A stretch of 63,852 nucleotides of DNA, counting the filler, from Octopus bimaculoides (lineage: Eukaryota), in NCBI RefSeq assembly GCF_001194135.2. It is 5 parts of 5 records of this genome, joined end to end, with 100 filler letters (N's around TTAATTAATTAA, not from the genome) between each part and the next. Parts side by side here need not be neighbours in the genome. Positions count along the whole stretch, not along the records: positions 10,459 to 31,695 come from NC_068997.1; positions 31,796 to 39,246 come from NC_068983.1; 3 more parts are not named here. The stretch is one strand, 5' to 3'. Below, in pieces: positions 24,244 to 35,659 of the stretch. The notes beneath the pieces are model-generated. The model saw nothing but the letters and a program-made list of their open reading frames with translations. It was not told the origin of the DNA and made no database searches. The position numbers and the translations under genes are program-made. The first letter of the stretch is position 1, and the number at the start of each line of letters is the position of its first letter.

Positions 24244-24941
24244 TCTCTCTCTCCTTAATTGAAACTTATCCGTCTTTTGGCTGCCAAAAAGCATCCGCTC
24301 AGTATGTTACGTAATCCTGTCTGGTGTTGTTCTGCTCCTTTTATTTCATGTTATTTGAGCATCATAGAATTTATGTTTATTTCATTGTTGCTTGTTTTAT
24401 ACGAGTCTTTTAATGCATACATACGTACATACATAAATATATATATGTATGTATGCATGTATGTATATGTATATGTGGTTTCTATGTAATTTATTCACAG
24501 GTCGTCTGCAATATTTCTTGGATCTAATAAGCCAGTTCGTTTTTTTTACAGAGTTCTGACAAACGTCTGGTTGGACACTTCGTCTCAAACGTGGCCTTGA
24601 TATGCATACAATATTTCAATCATGTCTAAGGCAAGCCAAGTCACTGTGATGACAAGCAAGCCAATCCATTCGTGCCAGACACAAAGCCCCACCCCGACCT
24701 ACACTCAGCGGCAACTCTATTATCTGCAATAAACCTCCTCCGTTTTCTTCTGTATCTTCACAATTGGGATATACTATCACATCACATCTGAAGCTCTCCA
24801 TTTAATATGCGTATGTGTGTGTGTGTGTGTGTGTGTGTATCCGTGTGAGTGTGTGTGTGTTTGTGTGTATGAATATATATATATACACACACATACACGA
24901 ACAGATGTTCATATATGTATGTATAAACATACCTACATACA

Positions 24942-24983
<42 letters not shown>

Positions 24984-25445
24984 NNNNNNNNNNNNNNNNN
25001 NNNNNNNNNNNNNNNNNNNNNNNNNNNNNNNNNNNNNNNNNNNNNNNNNNNNNNNNNNNNNNNNNNNNNNNNNNNNNNNNNNNNNNNNNNNNNNNNNNNN
25101 NNNNNNNNNNNNNNNNNNNNNNNNNNNNNNNNNNNNNNNNNNNNNNNNNNNNNNNNNNNNNNNNNNNNNNNNNNNNNNNNNNNNNNNNNNNNNNNNNNNN
25201 NNNNNNNNNNNNNNNNNNNNNNNNNNNNNNNNNNNNNNNNNNNNNNNNNNNNNNNNNNNNNNNNNNNNNNNNNNNNNNNNNNNNNNNNNNNNNNNNNNNN
25301 NNNNNNNNNNNNNNNNNNNNNNNNNNNNNNNNNNNNNNNNNNNNNNNNNNNNNNNNNNNNNNNNNNNNTTATTATGGCAACCGAATAATAGTCACATATT
25401 ATATTACAGATATATATATATAAATATACTTGTATCGGACTACGC

Positions 25446-25677
25446 CATACTGAAGCACCGGCTTTAGACGAACAAATCGACCCCAGGACTTATTTTTGTA
25501 AGCCTAGTGCTGTTGGTGTGTTTACGTACCCTCAACCTAGCGGCTCGGCGAAAGATACCGATAGGATAAGCACTAGTCTTACAAAGAATAAGTCCTGAGG
25601 TCGATTTGTTCGGCTAAAGGCGGTGCTCCAGCATGGCTGCAGTCAGATGACTGAAACAAGTAAAAGAATAAAAGAAT
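25446..25677. mobile_element. SINE family A 3' part with an inverted 5' segment
   Basis: 25446-25507 is the reverse complement of part of 25508-25677. Confidence 0.8.
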
Positions 25678-25747
25678 ATGTATCTATGTATATATATACA
25701 CAGGTATACACACACACACATATATATATATATATGCACACACAGGT

Positions 25748-25780
<33 letters not shown>

Positions 25781-25931
25781 GCGTCCAATAATACTATCCA
25801 TATCACGTCCTCATTTTGTTGTTTTTTTGTTTTTTTGTTATTGTTTTTTTTAACTATATATATATATATATATATATANNNNNNNNNNNAGGTAAGTAGT
25901 GTTAGCGGTTGGAATAAGAATATCCGTCATG

Positions 25932-25982
<51 letters not shown>

Positions 25983-26371
25983 ACATACGCACACATACAT
26001 GGACTCGTACATATAAATACATATACGTCAATGTTTGCGTGCATGTATATATTTTATATTATTTTTCACTTTATTTTATCTCATACCCATCCAGTTTCTA
26101 AGAAAACAAATATTGCTGTGTAGCAGCATAAATTATGTGTAGTAAATTTTCCACCAGGGGCCAATGTTTTCCTACGATCTGTTTATCTGTCACCTGTCCT
26201 TATGATGCTGGCTACGACAGCTGCTCACTCAACCTCGTGCTAGCCAAAAGCAGAGGTCGAAAGTGTCACCTATAATTTAAGGCCATAAAACTTTCAATCT
26301 TTCACTGTATTCAAAATAGGGCTAAAAAACAACAAATCAATAGAAAAGCAACCCAAAGAAAAGAGGAAAAG

Positions 26372-26417
<46 letters not shown>

Positions 26418-27735
26418 TAGATAGATAGATAGATATGTATATATATACATATATACATATATATATGTACGCATGATGTATGTATGTATGTATGCATGNN
26501 NNNNNNNNNNNNNNNNNNNNNNNNNNNNNNNNNNNNNNNNNNNNNNNNNNNNNNNNNNNNNNNNNNNNNNNNNNNNNNNNNNNNNNNNNNNNNNNNNNNN
26601 NNNNNNNNNNNNNNNNNNNNNNNNNNNNNNNNNNNNNNNNNNNNNNNNNNNNNNNNNNNNNNNNNNNNNNNNNNNNNNNNNNNNNNNNNNNNNNNNNNNN
26701 NNNNNNNNNNNNNNNNNNNNNNNNNNNNNNNNNNNNNNNNNNNNNNNNNNNNNNNNNNNNNNNNNNNNNNNNNNNNNNNNNNNNNNNNNNNNNNNNNNNN
26801 NNNNNNNNNNNNNNNNNNNNNNNNNNNNNNNNNNNNNNNNNNNNNNNNNNNNNNNNNNNNNNNNNNNNNNNNNNNNNNNNNNNNNNNNNNNNNNNNNNNN
26901 NNNNNNNNNNNNNNNNNNNNNNNNNNNNNNNNNNNNNNNNNNNNNNNNNNNNNNNNNNNNNNNNNNNNNNNNNNNNNNNNNNNNNNNNNNNNNNNNNNNN
27001 NNNNNNATACATGTGTGTGTATACATAATACATATAAACATATATGTATATATATAAATACATATGTGTGTAGATGTGAATGTGTTAGTGTGTTTGAGTG
27101 TCTAGGTGAGTGTGTGTATACGTGTGTATGTACATGTACGTGTGTATAAATGCGTATGTGTGTCTATGTGGATGCGTGTCTGTTTTTGATTACCAATTTT
27201 GTATTTGCGGGGGAGATAGGTTCTTATTGTTTGAGACCGATTTATGAGTCAATTAAATAAATGTCTTTTCTCCTCCCTTTTGAAATTAAATTTCATCGTC
27301 AACAAAGGCTAAACAAAGAAACCTGTTTCAAAATTAAAAGGAAGCAAAGGTCTGTCTGTCTTCTATCACATATCATAATATTCTGTTCGACATTAGCACA
27401 TGCCATTATCACATGTTCGCTTGGTCAGACAGCTCACACTCCATTCTCTCCAAGACGTCCCGTATTCCGATAGGGGAAAAATGTTGTCACTGTAAGAAGA
27501 ACTATTCCTAGAAAAAAATTATTAATGCTATGCATACGTCACTTCTTTTTCAGTGTACACTTTCTTCCTTTCTTTCTCTCTTTCTCTTTCTTTCTTTCTT
27601 TCTTTCTTTCTCTCTCTTTCTTTCTTTCCTTCTTTCTTTCTTTCTTTCTTATTATTTCATTATATGTAAAGCCCCACACATTATGTCTGTCTTCTTATTG
27701 TTCCCCTCATGTTTCGCCCTTGAGGCAAATAAATG

Positions 27736-27769
<34 letters not shown>

Positions 27770-28095
27770 TATTATTATTATTATTATTATTATTACAATT
27801 ATTATTAAGNNNNNNNNNNNNNNNNNNNNNNNNNNNNNNNNNNNNNNNNNNNNNNNNNNNNNNNNNNNNNNNNNNNNNNNNNNNNNNNNNNNNNNNNNNN
27901 NNNNNNNNNNNNNNNNNNNNNNNNNNNNNNNNNNNNNNNNNNNNNNNNNNNNNNNNNNNNNNNNNNNNNNNNNNNNNNNNNNNNNNNNNNNNNNNNNNNN
28001 NNNNNNNNNNNNNNNNNNNNNNNNNNNNNNNNNNNNNNNNNNNNNNNNNNNNNNNNNNNNNNNNNNNNNNNNNNNNNNNNNNNNNNNNNNNNNNN

Positions 28096-28128
<33 letters not shown>

Positions 28129-28449
28129 CTTTAAAAGGATTGACTAACTCTTCACAAAATTAAACAATCAACACGAAGAGTGCGATTCGATATTTTATTG
28201 GTTGAACGATATTCAAAATAAAAAGTGATACAAATTCAAAATTATAGAAATTCAAATCTAAAATATGAACGAGAGCAATCAACGTCCACACGTTGATGGA
28301 ATGACATCATCAGTCTTTAAGTTTCAATTTTATAACGGCAAAAAGAAAAAGACAGAAAGAAAAGAGAAAGAAAAAATGAAAACAAAGAAAAGGAAAAAGA
28401 AGAAGAATATTTAATCAAACAATTTTGTGTAAATTTAATCATATACTAG

Positions 28450-29251
28450 AAACATGCAAATGCTTTTGTACATCATTATGTCAAACGCGGTTACAGTGAA
28501 TCACGATTAAAGGAAATATCAAATGACATAGCAAAGATTAGCAATATCAAACCTACACGCACAATTTTAGCAAGCACAATACAATAAGTGACAGAATTCC
28601 TTTGGTGATTAACTGATACCGAAATTTCGCTGGCATTTCAAATGTGTTACATGAAAGTTACCAACATGTAGCGGAAAAATATTCTCATTTCAAACAAATA
28701 TTTCCTCAAGCGCGTATTGCAGCCTTTAGACGGAATAAGAATATAAAAGATCTATTGACCTCTATTTCTGACTCCAAGAAAACTAACATTGGAGTATCTG
28801 CACGCTGTACCTTGAAAAACAGCCGCAAGAGAGGTAAACCCTGTTCATTGTGCAACAACATGAGCCAAGTGAATTCCATCAAGAATCATAACAGAAATGT
28901 TATGATTTATATAGAAGGTGGAACATGTAGAGATTCCCATATGGTGTAAGCGGCAGAATGCACAAGACACAGCTTGATTTATGTCGGCTGTACAACAGAA
29001 CAATTAAACAAAAGTTCTAATGGGCGCAGATTTCACGTGAGGCACAATAACAGTAGTTTGACAGAACTTGCTGAATATTTTGTTTCAAACGGCTGCAATT
29101 TTGTAAAAGACTTGAATGTGCATATTCTCAGAAAATATTCTGAATCTGCTTCACTTTCAATATTCAAAATGCACGAGGAGAAATATCTTTACAGATCATT
29201 AACATCATGCCCTGGAGGAATGAATAAAATGTCAGGAGAATATCCTTTTCT
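28450..29251 (+). pseudogene. PLE RT-thumb and GIY-YIG endonuclease coding relic
   Basis: KRGYS..RIPLVI..AAFRRNKNIKDLL..C..PCSLC..CRDSHMV*AAEC..IYVGCT..L..ELAEYF..DLNVHIL..E..L.S.PGGMN; stops and a frameshift. Confidence 0.88.
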
Positions 29252-29436
29252 ACTCTAGGCACAAGGCCCGAAATTTTGGGGGAGAGGGCAGTCGATTAGA
29301 TCGACTCCAGTACGCAACTAGTACTTAATTTATAGACCCCAAAAGGATGAAAGGCAAAGTTGAACTCGGTGGAATTTAAACTCAGAAGATAGACAGACGA
29401 AATACCGCTTAGCGTTTCGCCCGACGTGCTAACGTT
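29252..29436 (-). mobile_element. SINE family B inserted at the end of the PLE ORF
   Basis: Family B sequence on minus; 9-bp TSD tccttttct at 29243-29251 and 29437-29445. Confidence 0.88.
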
Positions 29437-29618
29437 TCCTTTTCTCTTTTTCTTTCCTTATTTTTCTCTCCTTTTTCCCCCGTCTATTTCTTTTTGCCGT
29501 TATGAAATTGTAACTTAAAAACTGATGATGTCATTCCATCAACGTGTGGACGCTGGTTGCTCTCGTTCATATTCTAGATTTGAATTTCTATAATTTTGAA
29601 TTTGTATCACTTTTCATT

Positions 29619-29661
29619 TTGAACTCCACAAAGACAGGCTTGCTGTCGAAATATCGTTCAA
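29619..29661 (+). ncRNA. Decayed minimal type I hammerhead in PLE pLTR
   Basis: UUGAAC/GUUCAA helix I, GACAG/CUGUC helix II, GAAAUAUC; the CUGANGA box is mutated (uccacaa). Confidence 0.55.
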
Positions 29662-29709
29662 CCAATAAAATATCTATTGCAACAATCACATCGCGCACTT
29701 CGTCATGTC

Positions 29710-29761
<52 letters not shown>

Positions 29762-29766
29762 GCTGC

Positions 29767-29811
<45 letters not shown>

Positions 29812-30240
29812 ATTTGCACAGCTTCTAATGCTGGAGACGTACTACGGTGTCAGCTGTTCACTACCAGTCAACTAAGGCAACACTTCTTATTTTTGGAGCA
29901 CTTTCCGGAATATTCGAGCGGTTCCAAGCAGTGCTGTTTTCTGCGAGTGCTCCACCCTTATTGCAGCCCCTATTTGTTCTATGTACTTCTCGAGATTTTT
30001 GCTCACTGTTCCCAGGCCTCCGACAATTATTGGTACTACTACCACCTTTTTCATCGACCACAACTGCTTAACCTCCCAAGCTAACCTGTCATATCTATCG
30101 ACTTTTCTTTCTTCATTATCGCATACCTTGTTGTCAGCTGGGTATGCTATATCTATGATCCGGCATAGTTTGCTTTCTTTCTGAATTAAGACTATGTCTG
30201 GCTTCCTATTCTCTACCTCATGGTCATACTGAATCATAAA
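29812..30240 (-). mobile_element. Dong/R4-clade 3' end between (TAA)n tracts
   Basis: RKPDIVLI..IIDIAYPAD..KVDRYDRLAWEVKQLW..VVPIIVGGLG..QKTALLGTARIFRKVL*, a 3' UTR resembling the copy at 22235, and a (CAA)n(TAA)n tail. Confidence 0.93.
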
Positions 30241-30243
30241 ATC

Positions 30244-30314
<71 letters not shown>

Positions 30315-30832
30315 GTTTTTCTTTCTTTCTTCAAATTTTCTTCCATTTCTCGCCGAGTGTTTTCCGTACACCTAGCGCAGAGAAGCTCATTGTATGCTTT
30401 CCCAGTTTACACACGTAAATTCACAGGTAAAATATGTATTTAAAAAAAAAAATAATAAATAAATTCACGAATNNNNNNNNNNNNNNNNNNNNNNNNNNNN
30501 NNNNNNNNNNNNNNNNNNNNNNNNNNNNNNNNNNNNNNNNNNNNNNNNNNNNNNNNNNNNNNNNNNNNNNNNNNNNNNNNNNNNNNNNNNNNNNNNNNNN
30601 NNNNNNNNNNNNNNNNNNNNNNNNNNNNNNNNNNNNNNNNNNNNNNNNNNNNNNNNNNNNNNNNNNNNNNNNNNNNNNNNNNNNNNNNNNNNNNNNNNNN
30701 NNNNNNNNNNNNNNNNNNNNNNNNNNNNNNNNNNNNNNNNNNNNNNNNNNNNNNNNNNNNNNNNNNNNNNNNNNNNNNNNNNNNNNNNNNNNNNNNNNNN
30801 NNNNNNNNNNNNNNNNNNNNNNNNNNNNNNNN

Positions 30833-31016
30833 CAAGGAATACCAGACAAGCCACCCATACCTGGATACAACTCACTCAATAAGAACTCACTACTTGAATG
30901 GACCATAGACAAAACTTGACTGTAAAAATGATTTAGATAATCCTATCAGGTGGTGCTATTAAGTTAGACATGGCCTGGACCAATCTTTGGTCGAAACATA
31001 TCTAAGTTTATCTAAG

Positions 31017-31020
<4 letters not shown>
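30833..31020 (+). mobile_element. CR1-like LINE extreme 3' end
   Basis: GIPDKPPIPGYNSLNKNSLLEW resembles the IPDEP..GY..NSL C-terminus; short UTR with a tatctaag repeat tail. Confidence 0.6.
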
Positions 31021-31092
<72 letters not shown>

Positions 31093-31249
31093 TGTGTGTA
31101 TGTATGTATGTATGTATGTATGCATATATACATCGATAATTTTGTGTCATCGGATAGGATTCTGACCTTTAAAAATCAAAAGTCTAATGCATCAAGAATT
31201 GATTTTAATTCCAGTTCCTGATTTCTTCTCTTCCTAATTTTTGTAGATG

Positions 31250-31695
31250 ATTAAATCATGCAGAACCATATTTTTGTTAGGGTTAAAATCCAGGCAAATA
31301 TTTTATTCTTCATATTTTTGTTTGTTATTTTTTGTTTCAAATTTGACGTCATCACATTCATTTTCGTCTTAATTTTGTTTTCATAGAAGTCACTCTTTGA
31401 AATATTCTTTTAATTTTGATATCGTTTAATGCTACAATGTATGCAAAGCAGTCAAAGTATATTTTGCCAAATCGGAAAATCAGGGTTTAAGAGCTGCATT
31501 TTGAAGAATTGCTGCTTTGCACCAAAAAATTCTAGCCAGTCAAAAGAATTTCTAAAGGAAATAGACTTTTCTAGTTCAGTGTTAGCAGTTTTCATAATAG
31601 CTTCTCTATTTCTCAAAGAGGGAGCTGCAAAATTTTGAGAGAATTTAAATCTTTTGAAAGGTTTCAATATTTCAAGATAGACCGTTCAAGAGTTA
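31250..31695 (-). mobile_element. hAT-type transposase C-terminal (dimerisation domain) relic, cut by gap
   Basis: Frameshifted F.DLAKYTLT..IKRIFQRVTSMKTKLR matches the LA..L..ER.FS...KTK.RN pattern. Confidence 0.6.
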
Positions 31696-31795
31696 NNNNN
31701 NNNNNNNNNNNNNNNNNNNNNNNNNNNNNNNNNNNNNNNTTAATTAATTAANNNNNNNNNNNNNNNNNNNNNNNNNNNNNNNNNNNNNNNNNNNN
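31696..31795. other. Assembly spacer N44-TTAATTAATTAA-N44
   Basis: Same 100-bp block. Confidence 0.97.
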
Positions 31796-32123
31796 GAATA
31801 GCCTGCTCGTGAAATTAATGTGCAACTGGCTGAGCATTCCACAGACACGTGTACCCTTAACGTAATTCTCGGGGATATTCAGCGTGACACAGGGTGACAA
31901 GGCTGACCCTTTGAATTACAGGCACAACAGAAACAGAAAGTAAGAGTGAGAGAAAGTTGAGGTGAAAGAATACAGCAGGGTTCGCCACCATCCCCTGCCG
32001 GAGCCTCGTGGAGCTTTAGGTGTTTTCGCTCAATAAACACTCAGAACGCCCGGTCTGGGAATTGAAACTGCGATCCTATGACCGTGAGTCCGCTGCCCTA
32101 ACCACTGGGCCATTGCGCCTCCA
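31796..32123 (-). mobile_element. tRNA-derived SINE family E
   Basis: Minus head tggaggcgcaatggcccagtggttagggcagcggactc..gtttcaattcccagacc (A and B boxes) followed by a unique body. Confidence 0.85.
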
Positions 32124-33186
32124 CTGACCTTCCTAATACCAATCACTTTATAGAGTGTACTGGGTGCTTTTTATGCGGCACCAGCACCAACTTGGTCATC
32201 GAGTAAACTGCAAGACAATAACCTCCTCATCAGAGAGGAGAGAGTAATAATGAGGTGGGTGGTGCATTTATAACAGTGGTTCCCAAAGTGAGCAGTATTG
32301 ACCTCCTGGGGGCAGCAGAAAGTTCCATGGGGGCATTGAGAAAAGCAGGGCGTAATGGGATAGCGATTGATGTGAAAGTTTTATTTGTGAAATACAGTTG
32401 CTTTGAATTTGCTTCAGAAAGAGGTCTATGTTTATGATGGTTAGTTGGGGTGAGTGTCAAGGGGATGACAGCCTGAGAAAGTTTGGGAACTATTGATCTA
32501 TAATAACAAGACACTAACTCTAAGTAACTCTGTCCTTTAAACTTTAAATAAGATTCACAGAAGGAAGTGGCTCACTGCTTTAACCTTTTTGCAATCACAT
32601 TCATATTTCTGCTGTAATACACTGTATCTGTTTCAATTAACTTTGAAAATAACGTAGAATTTATGAAAACAACTTTGTCATTATTATACACTAGAAGGAG
32701 CCATGAATATTTCACAGAATTAATGGTAAACCTGTTGGGTTATTTCTGTAAACTTTATCCAAAAAAACCTGAAAAAGTAGCTTGTGTTGTGTCTGTACGG
32801 AAAGATAGTTGCTCATCTGCTATTCATTGAAAAGTGAAAGAAACTGGAATATGATGATTACTTAATGCACCTTATATAAACACTTTATATACTTTACGTA
32901 CAATTTTATAGACTTAATACACAGTACTCATAGAATAGATATCCACTCTTATTTTACCATTTTTCTCATAAAAAAAAAAAAATCCTGTATATACAATGCA
33001 ACCGTTAGTTAAACTGCATATATCTGCCACATAAATAAGTGTGAATATTTCACGGAATTGCACTTATACACATGTGTTAAGTGATAGGTGATAAAAAAAA
33101 AACTTAGTTCAATTTTTTAAAAAATACACTTTTCACTATCCAGTCACCACCACCACTACCACCTCCATCTCTACCGCCACCACTAC

Positions 33187-33217
<31 letters not shown>

Positions 33218-33239
33218 TCTCTCACTTTTTTTCTCTCCC

Positions 33240-33695
33240 CCATCTCTCTGTGCCTCTTTTTAACCTCACCATCAGAACATCACCCCTCTGCTAAAATTAT
33301 ATTTTTAATTCTCCTCCTCTATCTTCAACTAACTTTTTTTAACCACGTAATAAATATTATGCTCCCCCTACCTCACATTGTGAACACTTCTCTCTCCCTC
33401 TCTTTCTTCCTCTTTCTGTCTCACTCTTCGCCTTTTTTTACTCTCTCCTCGCTTTCCCTTCAACTAATCATGTGAAAGCATTACAATTACATTCCCTCTA
33501 CCTTACATCATGGCTGCTTCTCTTTCCCTCTTTTTCTCCCTCCCTCTATTTCTCTCTCCTCCTTTTCTTTCTCTCTCTTTTTCTCTAATCATGTGAAAGT
33601 GTTACCGACGGGCTAAGTAACACAATGACAAGCAGAATTATTATAAGACAAACATGAACTAACAAACATGAACTCCGCTAAGGCGGAGGTAATAA
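33240..33695 (+). mobile_element. Helentron-associated non-autonomous element (HINE/DINE-1-like) 3' part
   Basis: Shares blocks with 56230-56745; ends with agcagaattattataaga and the terminal hairpin ctccgc-taag-gcggag (33673-33688). Confidence 0.55.
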
Positions 33696-33959
33696 ATATA
33701 AGCATTACATTTGACAGAGTGATCTGAACGGCAAAGTGTTAAGCAGCGAGCAGTGAAGCAAAACTGATATGTCCATTATGTAGAGTTTAGATTAGTTTAT
33801 AGAAGTGGACAACTGGACCAAACAGCAGCAGACTTTACTTTCAACCCTATCATTATCATTTCAGAATTCACTGGAAAAAGAATGAATTTACATTGTTTGT
33901 TGATTAGAAGAAAGGAAGGAATGTCTCACAATAGTTTCATTCCTAATTTCTGTAGTGTT

Positions 33960-34120
33960 GGGTGCAAGTATAGTTGTGTAGTTTTCCAAGTTCATTTCAC
34001 GACAGCATGATTTAGGTTCAATCCCACACCACCATACATACCTAGGGCAAGTCTCTTCTGCTATAGACTTGGGTTGACCAATTCCTGTGGGCACCAAATA
34101 GAAGTGGTATGGAAACTGGT

Positions 34121-34171
<51 letters not shown>

Positions 34172-34390
34172 TTATGTGTGTGTATATGTTTGTGTATCTG
34201 TGTTTGTCCCCCCACCATCGCTTAACAATTGATGTTGGTGTGTTTATGTCCCCGTAACTTAGCGGTGTGACAAAAGGGTTTGACAAAATAAGTACTAGGC
34301 TTACAAAAAATAAGCCCTGGGGTTGACTTGTTCGACTAAAGGTGGTGCTCCAGCATGGCTGCAGTCAAATAATTGAAACAAATAAAAGAA
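33960..34390 (+). mobile_element. SINE family A, diverged head
   Basis: ggttcaatccc..ctagggcaagtctcttctgctatag..(TG)n..ggtgctccagcatggctgcagtcaaa. Confidence 0.8.
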
Positions 34391-34611
34391 TAATAGAATA
34401 AAAGAACATATGAAATGCCAGTAGGAATTCTGACCTGCATACTACCGACTCCTCCAGCACCTTTACTTAAGTATTGGCTTCAAATATTGGCACAAGGCCA
34501 GCAATTTCAGGGGATGGGGCAAGTTTATTACATTGACACCGGTACCCAACTGGTACTTATTTTATATTATTTACATTGGATGGATATGTGTCTGCATCTT
34601 GTTCATTGTTA

Positions 34612-34655
34612 CCACAGCGTTTCAGCTGATTTACTCTCCAGCCTTCATCAGGTGT
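34612..34655 (-). ncRNA. Minimal type I hammerhead (degenerate at the cleavage site)
   Basis: ACAC-CUGAUGA-A-GGCUG-GAGAGUAAAU-CAGCU-GAAAC-GCU-GUGG; U16.1 replaced by C. Confidence 0.6.
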
Positions 34656-34712
34656 CCTGGTAGAGTTTTGAACCCAGCCCTGGGTTCTCATTCTTAAGGT
34701 ATTTTTTACTGA

Positions 34713-34766
<54 letters not shown>

Positions 34767-34955
34767 TTATTCAAAACACTGCCTGGAATTCAACTCGCAA
34801 TCTTGGGGTTAACAGCCTGCACTCTTAATCATTACGCTATATGCCCATGGGTTAAGAGCAGGTAATGGTTAAGAGCGGGTAATGGTTAAGAGCGTGTGCT
34901 ACTAACCCCAAGATTGCGTGTTCAATTCCAGGCAGTGCCTTCAGTAAAAAAAAAA

Positions 34956-34992
<37 letters not shown>

Positions 34993-35075
34993 GTAATAAT
35001 AATAATAATAATAATATTAGCAAAAAAATTACCTTAGGAACGAGAACCCAGGGCTGGGTTCAAAATTCTACTAGA

Positions 35076-35119
35076 ACACCTGATGAAGGCTGGAGAGTAA
35101 ATCAGCTGAAACATTGTGG
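35076..35119 (+). ncRNA. Minimal type I hammerhead (degenerate helix III)
   Basis: ACAC-CUGAUGA-A-GGCUG-GAGAGUAAAU-CAGCU-GAAAC-AUU-GUGG; core boxes intact, C15.2 unpaired, 3-bp helix I. Confidence 0.65.
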
Positions 35120-35187
35120 TAACAACAAACACATATCCGTCAAATGTGAATAATGTACAGAATTCCTCATCTCTAAAATATAGAACA

Positions 35188-35280
35188 ATGGTACTTATTT
35201 CATCAACCCCAAAGAATGAAAGGCTAAGAAGACCTCGGCAGAATTTGAACTCAGAACACGAAGATGGACGAAATGCTGAT
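35188..35280 (-). mobile_element. SINE family B fragment (another at about 34470-34563)
   Basis: tggtacttatttcatcaacccc..gaaaggc..gacctcggcagaatttgaactcagaac. Confidence 0.75.
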
Positions 35281-35659
35281 GATTCTACTAGATCACTGCT
35301 TTATCTTTTGTTAAATATCAAGATAAGGAAATGAATGAGTATCACGCAATTTCATTTTCTCTTTCTCAACAGATCCAAGAATTTCTATAAAAGTAAGGAA
35401 AAAAAAAAATCAATATTAATATGAAGGTAACAAAGTCTTTGAGGCTGCTTGTAGCAGTTAAAAACAGACGCAATCATTTATAATGACCGACCGCCTGTTT
35501 TTAGATGTGGCGCTAGGATCGACGGAAATAAATGGTTTGCAATTTCCTTTCCTGTTTTACTCAGATTCCTTCCACTGACACCTGGAACTGAGATGGAGAT
35601 GAGGTGTACCATTGATATAGGTTTACCAAACCCTGTAATTCTGTACTGACATATACACT

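Larger units (their letters stand above)
28165..29705 (+). mobile_element. Penelope-like element relic with inverted pseudo-LTR copies at both ends
   Basis: GIY-YIG ORF relic inside; 28165-28353 is the reverse complement of about 29481-29705. Confidence 0.85.
34563..35186. mobile_element. Head-to-head inverted pair of a composite tRNA-head/(AAT)n/hammerhead element
   Basis: Left arm 34563-34846 (minus) and right arm 34847-35186 (plus) are reverse complements with the same block order. Confidence 0.88.

Noticed and set aside
24490-24810. Good-looking acceptors (ttattcacag, ttttttacag) and short ORFs on both strands
   Set aside because: All plus-strand frames close quickly, no donor, no recognisable product
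26100-27500. Hox/Pbx- and Sox-like motifs in unique sequence as enhancers
   Set aside because: Such short motifs are expected by chance in AT-rich DNA; needs conservation or chromatin data
32050-32123. tRNA-like sequences here and in other SINE heads, including 34775-34846
   Set aside because: No closed acceptor stem; they run into SINE bodies, so they are not tRNA genes
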